NCBI GenBank assembly: GCA_023443745.1
Contig: JAEZTB010000059.1
Location: 11,998-75,997 of the forward strand
DNA length: 64,000 bases
Source: Bacillota bacterium
GTDB taxonomy: Bacteria > Bacillota > Clostridia > DSM-8532
Direction of reading: 5' to 3'
Shown here: positions 55,627 through 62,663 of the stretch, in pieces
Layout of the letters: every line of letters starts with the position of its first letter
Numbering within the stretch: position 1 is the first letter of the stretch
The notes under the pieces: model-generated
What the model saw: only the letters and a program-made list of their open reading frames with translations
The model's database searches: none
Told to the model about the DNA's origin: nothing
Program-made: the position numbers and the translations under genes

Positions 55627-56907
55627 CTATAGTACCTTAAACATATTTTTCATATTGGCCAGATAAAAGCTTTCACCGCTGTGAAGCGTATAGGGTTGAT
55701 GCGGTACCAGCCGGGTTCCGTTCTGAAGAAATGTGCCATAGCTGGACTGTTTATCCGTCAATATCAACGCTCTATCTTCAGCTTTAAGCTCACAATGGAG
55801 GGAGCTTATTCCCGGGGTATCCTTTGGAAAAACAATCTGGCATTTGGACGGATCTCTTCCCATGGCGACACTTTCCCGGACCTTAAAAGTATTATTCTGA
55901 AAAAAACCTGCCGTACAGAGTATTTGAGGTTCTGAAATGACCCTGGAATTTGTGGGTGTTATTACAGCTTGGCTGCCACCGGCTGAAGACTTCTTCCTTG
56001 ACTTAAGGTAAAAACCCACCAGCGAGGCAATTCCGGTTATTCCGGCTATCACAAAAATGTTTATATCATCATTGGCCTCAGTTTGCGTACCCGGCCCAGG
56101 GTTGCTGGGTTCTGGATTACCAGAAGGCTCATCCGGCGACTGGGCGCCTGAAGAATCCCCGGCTTTTTCATAGGGAAAATCATTTTCATCAAGAAAAGCG
56201 GTGACATAATCGATGTAAATCGAATAATTGACACCAGCCTTTTCTTCACCCTCTAAAACCGCGCCAAATGTGTTGATTCCCAAAACTGCACCATCCTGCC
56301 GGACAAGAGGGCCTCCCGAATTACCATGATGGATGGTGGCGTCTATCTGATAGCATTCATTACCGTCTATTTTAGTATTGAGCTTGCTGATTACACCTTT
56401 GGTAACCGTAACATCACTGATTTCGGAAGGATAGGCATAGCCATCGTCAGTTATGCTGTCGGCCGCTCCAGGAAAGCCTAATGCATAAATCTCTTCTGCT
56501 ATGCTGACCTGGCCGGATGGGCACAAAGTCAATGGGATCCGATCGGATACGGGGGTCTCCGTAACCAGTATGGCTAGATCGGGAGATGACCAGGACTGGA
56601 CCACCTTGGCTTTTACCAGGGTTCCGTCTATCTGACCATTCTCCAGAACAATAAAATGATCCAGGACAAGGTAGACATTTTCTTCGAACCCATCAACCAC
56701 ATGATTGTTAGTAATGAAAACAGATGGAGCCTCTCCCTTTTTCCCTACTGCAAAGCCTGATCCGCTGGAGATGTATTGCGAGGTGAATCCCACAACACGC
56801 ACCACACCGTTAACCGTAGTTTCTATGGCTGAATCGGCAATACTTATGGTTCTCCCAAAGAAGAACAGGCAGCCTATCAATAAAATGCACAGTAATCTGT
56901 TTTTCAT
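55627..56907 (-). CDS. Signal peptide, trypsin-like (S1, Trypsin_2) serine protease, TM segment and cytoplasmic FHA domain
   Basis: ATG at 56907 lies 7 nt after GGGAGG and gives MKNRLLCILLIGCLFFFG. Triad contexts TNNHVV, SPDLAIL, GNSGGPL. TM IFVIAGITGIASLVGFYLKSRKK. FHA VAMGRD...SSLHCEL...SSYGTFLQN. Confidence 0.85.
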   Translation of the reverse strand: MKNRLLCILLIGCLFFFGRTISIADSAIETTVNGVVRVVGFTSQYISSGSGFAVGKKGEAPSVFITNNHVVDGFEENVYLVLDHFIVLENGQIDGTLVKAKVVQSWSSPDLAILVTETPVSDRIPLTLCPSGQVSIAEEIYALGFPGAADSITDDGYAYPSEISDVTVTKGVISKLNTKIDGNECYQIDATIHHGNSGGPLVRQDGAVLGINTFGAVLEGEEKAGVNYSIYIDYVTAFLDENDFPYEKAGDSSGAQSPDEPSGNPEPSNPGPGTQTEANDDINIFVIAGITGIASLVGFYLKSRKKSSAGGSQAVITPTNSRVISEPQILCTAGFFQNNTFKVRESVAMGRDPSKCQIVFPKDTPGISSLHCELKAEDRALILTDKQSSYGTFLQNGTRLVPHQPYTLHSGESFYLANMKNMFKVL

Positions 56908-56959
56908 GAAGTTACCTCCCGGAGCTGGCTTTGTAACTGGGGGGACATTTAGATTCTCG

Positions 56960-58012
56960 TTATAGGAGCTCAATGATAATTACCGTAAAATTATCCTGAC
57001 CGTTCCTGTTTTTCTGCAGAATAAGCTTTTCCAGCTCTCCGGTGGCCCTATGGGGATCAAGCTTCATGGTGGATAGAATCTCCTCATCGGATAATGTTCC
57101 AAAAACACCATCGGACATCAACAGAATGCGGTCACCCGGAACAAGCTGCAGCGGACGAACACTACGATCAATTTCTTCAATATCACCCATGCCGATGTAA
57201 CTGGTCAGAGCATTTCTTTGAGGGTCATTCCGGGCTTTTTCAAAGGAGATTTCTCCCATGGCTGCCTTTTGGTCTAATTCAGAAGCATAGGTATGCTCCT
57301 TGTTGATTTGAAGCAACGCGCCGTTTCTCACAAGACAAATGCGGCTGTCCCCAACAGAAATCCATTGGAGCATCATGTCCTTTACATTGACTGCTACTAC
57401 CGTGGAACCACTTTTATCCTTGCAGTTTCTTAAATAGGAATTGACTTCCCTATTGGTAAAGGAAAGCATGCTTAAAAGCTCCTGGGATGCGTCAGAACCA
57501 AAGGGTTTCGTGCTGAACTGTCCCAGCATGGTGCGGGTTACCAGAGCGCTCACTTCCGCGCCATTGGCCAAACCACCCATACCATCCGCTACAATGGCAA
57601 GCAGGCCTTTTTCCTGGCAAAGGGCTTTGTTGGATAAATCAGAAATTCCGAAGGAGTCCTGCTGACTCTCCCGCTTTCCGATATTCTGTACATTGCCGAT
57701 ATGTAAGATGCCCTTCGGTTCGGAATTCATGGGGTCAACTCCCGGTCCTTGAATTTTTGTTTTTCTTTTTTTACGCCTGAGTAACAGGTAAAAGCCCAAT
57801 GCCGCCAATAAGATCAATAAAAGCAGGATTATCCCTGTCAACAACGGATATTTTGTCAGCGTTTCCAATATAGGATTTTCTCCTGAAATCGCAGACGGGC
57901 TGATGTTGGACGGATCAGCGGTTACAGCGGGTTGAATGGGCTCAATTGTTACAGCGGGCTCAGTGGCGATTGCCGGCCCACTGGTTCCTACGAAATTATT
58001 CACTCCAATCAA
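56960..58012 (-). CDS. Membrane-anchored PP2C-family Ser/Thr phosphatase
   Basis: TM LLTGIILLLLILLAALGFYLLLRRKKRK, then RESQQDS, IVADGMGGLANGAEVS, MSDGVFG, DNFTVIII. Start uncertain: TTG at 58012 or GTG at 58003. Overlaps the upstream FHA gene. Confidence 0.8.
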   Translation of the reverse strand: MIGVNNFVGTSGPAIATEPAVTIEPIQPAVTADPSNISPSAISGENPILETLTKYPLLTGIILLLLILLAALGFYLLLRRKKRKTKIQGPGVDPMNSEPKGILHIGNVQNIGKRESQQDSFGISDLSNKALCQEKGLLAIVADGMGGLANGAEVSALVTRTMLGQFSTKPFGSDASQELLSMLSFTNREVNSYLRNCKDKSGSTVVAVNVKDMMLQWISVGDSRICLVRNGALLQINKEHTYASELDQKAAMGEISFEKARNDPQRNALTSYIGMGDIEEIDRSVRPLQLVPGDRILLMSDGVFGTLSDEEILSTMKLDPHRATGELEKLILQKNRNGQDNFTVIIIELL

Positions 58013-58592
58013 ACCTCTCTCCGCAAAGCGGTACGAATATGAGCTTTGTTTCCCCTAATTCAATGACATCGTAAGGTGCTATTTCTGTAGTGTTGAACAG
58101 CGCCTTGCCATTGAAGCGTACAATGCTTCTTCCATCGCCTGGCCTGAAATAGAATATTTTATCCTTGGCATCGAAGCTTATAAAAGCATGATTTTCCCGT
58201 GAAATGGTATTATCGCCATGGATGCATATGTCCATGGTTTCACTCCGGCCTATGGCATTATTGTCCGAATGAATGCGGTAATCCCTGCCCTTGTCGGTTC
58301 CTGCTACACAAACTAGCCACCCCACCACAGGGTCAATACCAGTTTTATGCTTGATGAGAGCTACTGTGCGTTCCCTATCTGCTGAAGCCCCTTTATTGGG
58401 TGTTGCCATGGAATAGGTGTGTCCGGATGAGCCCGAGTCCACAGACTCAGCTCCGCGGGAAACCGGCATGGTTGGGCCGACCTCCAGGGGGCGTGTCATG
58501 TTCACATTGGCTGATGAACTGTTGCAATTAGGGCATTCCGAGAATTTGGACGCATCATAAAAATGACCGTTGCTGCATTGTTTCATTTCCAT
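57996..58592 (-). CDS. Zn-ribbon plus FHA-domain protein (soluble)
   Basis: RBS AAGGAGG 8 nt upstream. CSNGHF...CPNC. FHA VGWLVCVAG...AIGRS...SRENHAFISF. Confidence 0.85.
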   Translation of the reverse strand: MEMKQCSNGHFYDASKFSECPNCNSSSANVNMTRPLEVGPTMPVSRGAESVDSGSSGHTYSMATPNKGASADRERTVALIKHKTGIDPVVGWLVCVAGTDKGRDYRIHSDNNAIGRSETMDICIHGDNTISRENHAFISFDAKDKIFYFRPGDGRSIVRFNGKALFNTTEIAPYDVIELGETKLIFVPLCGERFDWSE

Positions 58593-58612
58593 AAGAATAT
58601 CCTCCTTGAGAT

Positions 58613-59149
58613 TCAGGTGGTTTTATAGATAGATGAATGGTTAAAACCATTATTCTTTTTGTTGCTTTGCCTGTAAAAAAGCATGGTGATGACTGTGATA
58701 AACAGGGCACCTCGTGCAAGAGTCCAACATGTGGAAAAAGAATGTAAGGTGGAGGAATCCCATTGACCAATCCCTAATTTGTTATAGGCCCAAAGCTGAA
58801 TCGGCCTGTTAAGAATACCGTGGACAGCACTCAGCAAGGATACTATTTTAATGCTTAATGGAGTAGTTTTTAAGCTTATCAATGCTAAAGCGAATCCAAT
58901 CCAATCAATATACCATAAAAACTCAGTAATATTGCTTAAGGGTGAATTGAAATAGTTCATTCTTTGTTGCTCAGATAAAAGGATCATATCAATTGTGATC
59001 TTCATAAACGACCCTATCAAAGAAAGAAGCATAAAATATTTGGCAGCATTCCATTTCTTGATATGTAAGAAAAATGCAAAAAAGAAGACTAGCATTCCCA
59101 CTGATGTTCCAATATTAAGTAAAAATGCTAATATATAATTCGTTTCCAT
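58613..59149 (-). CDS. Hypothetical polytopic (about 5 TM) membrane protein
   Basis: 178-aa ORF with hydrophobic helices and no recognisable motif. Packed between the FHA and kinase genes. Confidence 0.6.
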   Translation of the reverse strand: METNYILAFLLNIGTSVGMLVFFFAFFLHIKKWNAAKYFMLLSLIGSFMKITIDMILLSEQQRMNYFNSPLSNITEFLWYIDWIGFALALISLKTTPLSIKIVSLLSAVHGILNRPIQLWAYNKLGIGQWDSSTLHSFSTCWTLARGALFITVITMLFYRQSNKKNNGFNHSSIYKTT

Positions 59150-59180
59150 ATCATTTACTTATCCTTTCCGTAGCTCTTTA

Positions 59181-60374
59181 TTATACATTAAAAGTGTTTA
59201 ACCAGATTAAGAGCTCAACGGCTGCAGATGCAATAGCCAAAATAAAAAAGAATTTTGGAATAGTGGGTATTGATTCATCCGCTCCCCTTGAAAGTCCTTC
59301 AGAGACCATTTCTGTCTTTACTACATCATTTTTTTCAGGTCCAGCCTTCACTGGTTCAGAATCTTTATCAGCCGTATCCTTTAGAAAATCGGAAGCTATC
59401 AGTGCTTCGTAGAGCTCGCTCATGCTCTGGTAACGATTCTTCTGCAAAACAGCGAGCCCTTTGAGAAGAGCCGCTTCCTTTTCCGCATTGATGCTCACTC
59501 CCAATTTTGTAGGAGGTTCAAGGGTATCCTCATGGACTCTTTCCATGGATTCAGGAGGAGTCTGGCCTGTGATGGCCTTATAGATGGTGGCACACAGAGC
59601 ATACACATCGGTCCACGGTCCCTGGCTCCCGCGTGTGCGGTATTGCTCCTCCGGGGCATATCCTGGCTTCAAAAGTACCGATAGACTCTTCCCTCCGTCA
59701 GTGGATATATCTCGGGCAGCTCCGAAATCCAGCAGCTTGATATCACCATTGCGTGTAATCATGATATTGTCCGGGCTGATATCCCGATGGATGATTCCTC
59801 TCTCATGCATCTCGGACAGGGATTTAATTAACGGCTTCACCCACTCCAGCACCTGATAAACCGGCAACCTTCCGCCCTCTTTTTGCAGATACTGCTTTAA
59901 GGTGATACCCTCGATATATTCCATAACAATATAGCCCGTTCCGTTTTCCTTAAAGAAATCCTTGACCGATACAACACCGGGAAGGGCATAGAATTTGGCA
60001 AGGCTCTTGGCTTCACCGACAAATTTATCCAGGCCGTTGAGATAGGCCTCCCTCCTGTCACCCGAAAAAGGGGTGACGGTTGTTGTGGTCGTGTTTTCAC
60101 GGGTGACAAAACCAGCGGGATAGTATTCTTTGATAGCTACCTTCATGTCCAGGTTCAAGTCCCAGCCCAGATAGGTGATGCCAAATCCGCCCTCTCCCAA
60201 AACACATCCGATCAAATACTTGCCATTGAGAATAGTCTCGGGCGGAAGCTGGTGAGGAGACAGCTTTTCTTCATCAGCATGCTGCCATCCGCAATGCGGG
60301 CAGGGATGTTCCTTGCTGTTGATTTCAGACATACAGCCCATACAGAGCCGATCGACCTCAGTTTGACCTTTCAT
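59181..60374 (-). CDS. Zn-ribbon plus Hanks Ser/Thr kinase with a single C-terminal TM anchor
   Basis: ATG at 60374 lies 6 nt after AGGGGGA and gives MKGQTEVDRLCMGCM, co-linear with the paralogue. GEGGFGITY, VAIKEY, HRDISPDN, DFGAAR. C-terminal FFFILAIASAAVELLIWL. Confidence 0.85.
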   Translation of the reverse strand: MKGQTEVDRLCMGCMSEINSKEHPCPHCGWQHADEEKLSPHQLPPETILNGKYLIGCVLGEGGFGITYLGWDLNLDMKVAIKEYYPAGFVTRENTTTTTVTPFSGDRREAYLNGLDKFVGEAKSLAKFYALPGVVSVKDFFKENGTGYIVMEYIEGITLKQYLQKEGGRLPVYQVLEWVKPLIKSLSEMHERGIIHRDISPDNIMITRNGDIKLLDFGAARDISTDGGKSLSVLLKPGYAPEEQYRTRGSQGPWTDVYALCATIYKAITGQTPPESMERVHEDTLEPPTKLGVSINAEKEAALLKGLAVLQKNRYQSMSELYEALIASDFLKDTADKDSEPVKAGPEKNDVVKTEMVSEGLSRGADESIPTIPKFFFILAIASAAVELLIWLNTFNV

Positions 60375-60485
60375 CCGTGATCCCCCTGGATAATGATTAA
60401 TTTTCAGTTTCATTATAAATTACATCGTTCTATTTGTGTTCCTATAGATTATAGGAATGCATAAAGAAGCATCTTCTATCAGTTA

Positions 60486-62624
60486 TTACTTATACTGCTG
60501 GCGCTCACTGCCATCAAATCTGATTCTGTAGAAATTGTAATCGTCGTCCCAATTATAGTAATAGATCCAGTTATCTACGATATAAATACCATGAGCATTA
60601 TCACTGCACAGTTTTATTTCTCTTGTGCCATCTTTTTGGATTCCATAGAGACTGTTTCCATCATCTTCATCCGTAAAAAACAGCGAATCTCCTGAAATAT
60701 TAAGATCCTCTATGTGACGGCTGGAAATCAGGCTTGCCTCCGATCCGTCAAGGCGGGCTCTTTTAAAGTTGTGATCGCCACTGGTTGAATAATAGATCCA
60801 CGAACCATCAATAATGAAAACAGAAGCGGAAATACCTTCAATCTGTGTGTGTTCAGTGCCATCCAGGCGGACCTTGAATAATTTCGCAGATTCAGTGTTG
60901 TAATAAATCCAGTCATCCATTACAAAATACACCTTGGGCAAATCTTCCCGGATTGGGGGATTCGTCAGTCTCAGCTTGCTTGTACCATCCATTTCCATAC
61001 TGTACAAGCCCCATGTCTCGGGACCGAAGTTATTCACATAGTAAATTTTATTGTTCTTGACTAATAAATTGGCAGGGTGAGTACTGTCGGGAACTTCCAC
61101 ATATGTCCCTGTGTTCAAATCCGCATTGTAAATTGAATAATGGCCATTTATAAAGTAGATCTTGTCTCCAACAACATTGAGATCATCAACGTACGGACTT
61201 TCATATAAAAGATCACGAGGCGTATCATCAGTGTCTTTTGCATATATCATTCCCTGGTCGGCATAATACACGGTACCGTCCTGGAAGGTAACACGCCCTC
61301 CGTAAATAATGTTTCCTTCCGTATTTCCGGCAGTATTGGGAGTGACTATTTTTCTAGGTTTATCCGGTGTTCCCTGAGGGGTCGCTTCAGGAGTATTGTG
61401 CTTTGCTTCTTTCGTGACTGTCGGGCTTACTTGCACGTCTGAGGGCAAATCTTCATTCTTATTTATAAACCGGGTACCCACCAATATTCCGAGAGCCAGT
61501 AAAAGGACTGCTGCAATAATCGAGCCTTTTGCTTTTTTAAGCTTTGGCTGTATTTCTTTCTCTTCTTCCTTCGGTGTGGGTATTATGGAGTCAGTATTGG
61601 TTTCCGCAATATCATCAGCTTCCGGAATGTCCTTTAAAAACTCTGAGGCAATCAGGGCATCATAGAGCTCGTTCATGTTCTGGTAGCGATTCTTCTGCAA
61701 TACAGCCAGGCCTTTAAGAAGTGCCGCTTCCTTTACTTCATTAATGCTCACTCCTAGCTTTGTAGGAGGCTCAAGTGTATCATCATGGACTCTTTCCATG
61801 GATTCGGGAGGAGTCTGACCTGTGATGCCCTTGTAGATAGTGGCACATAGAGCATAGACATCGGTCCAGGGTCCTTGGCTTCCTCGGGTGCGGTATTGCT
61901 CCTCCGGTGCATAGCCAGGCTTTAAAAGTACAGAAAGGCTCTTTCCACCTTCGGTGGACATATCCCGGGCAGCGCCGAAATCCAGCAGCTTGATTTCACC
62001 ATCCGGAGTGATCATGATATTGTCCGGGCTGATATCCCGATGGATAATCCCCTTCTCGTGCATCTGGGTCAGGGATTTTATAAGAGGCTTCACCCATTCC
62101 AGTACCTGAAAGACCGGCAGCTTGCCACCCTCTTTTTTGAGGTATTGCTTGAGGGTGATCCCTTCCACATATTCCATAACAATATAACCGGTGCCGTTTT
62201 CCTTGAAAAAATCCTTCACCGAAACAACACCGGGCAGACTGTAAAACTTTGCAAGACTCTTGGCTTCATCCACAAATTTGTCAAGGCCTTTAATAAAAGC
62301 TTCACGTTTATCCCCCGAAAAAGGGGTAACAGTTGTGGTAACAGTATTCTCACGGGTGACGAAGCCTGAAGGATAGTATTCTTTTATGGCAACCTTCATG
62401 TCCAGATTCAGATCCCAGCCAAGATAGGTGATGCCAAAGCCACCCTCACCCAACACACATCCAACCAGATACTTACCGTTTAGAATGGTTTGGAGGGGCA
62501 GCTGATGAGGTGACCGCTCGGCGGTATCAGCCTGCCATCCACAATGTGGGCAGGGGACTTCCTTGTTCTCAATCCTTGTCATGCAGCCCAGACAGAGCTG
62601 GTTGATGTCAATAAAATTACTCAT
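60486..62624 (-). CDS. Zn-ribbon, Hanks Ser/Thr kinase, TM segment and extracytoplasmic DUF5050-type beta-propeller
   Basis: Kinase core almost identical to 59181-60374. TM IIAAVLLLALGILVG. C-terminal repeats of the form (W/K)IYY...DG(T/S). Confidence 0.85.
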   Translation of the reverse strand: MSNFIDINQLCLGCMTRIENKEVPCPHCGWQADTAERSPHQLPLQTILNGKYLVGCVLGEGGFGITYLGWDLNLDMKVAIKEYYPSGFVTRENTVTTTVTPFSGDKREAFIKGLDKFVDEAKSLAKFYSLPGVVSVKDFFKENGTGYIVMEYVEGITLKQYLKKEGGKLPVFQVLEWVKPLIKSLTQMHEKGIIHRDISPDNIMITPDGEIKLLDFGAARDMSTEGGKSLSVLLKPGYAPEEQYRTRGSQGPWTDVYALCATIYKGITGQTPPESMERVHDDTLEPPTKLGVSINEVKEAALLKGLAVLQKNRYQNMNELYDALIASEFLKDIPEADDIAETNTDSIIPTPKEEEKEIQPKLKKAKGSIIAAVLLLALGILVGTRFINKNEDLPSDVQVSPTVTKEAKHNTPEATPQGTPDKPRKIVTPNTAGNTEGNIIYGGRVTFQDGTVYYADQGMIYAKDTDDTPRDLLYESPYVDDLNVVGDKIYFINGHYSIYNADLNTGTYVEVPDSTHPANLLVKNNKIYYVNNFGPETWGLYSMEMDGTSKLRLTNPPIREDLPKVYFVMDDWIYYNTESAKLFKVRLDGTEHTQIEGISASVFIIDGSWIYYSTSGDHNFKRARLDGSEASLISSRHIEDLNISGDSLFFTDEDDGNSLYGIQKDGTREIKLCSDNAHGIYIVDNWIYYYNWDDDYNFYRIRFDGSERQQYK

Positions 62625-62663
62625 TTATGTACTCCCCCTCAGAAAAAGTCTAATTGTATGAAG

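Noticed and set aside
60439-60457. 8-bp inverted repeat ttcctata-gat-tataggaa, containing a TATAAT on the minus strand, between the two paralogous kinase genes as an internal promoter or operator
   Set aside because: The stem is AT-rich and weak, and there is no acceptable -35 box at 16-18 nt spacing. The evidence is insufficient.
50088-62624. Reading the cluster as the conserved FhaA-FhaB-PstP-RodA-PbpA-PknA-PknB cell-division cluster, or as a T6SS (PpkA/PppA/Fha) or T7SS regulatory module
   Set aside because: The window has no FtsW/RodA, PBP, or T6SS/T7SS structural or ATPase genes. The FHA partners here are vWA, protease and RDD modules instead.
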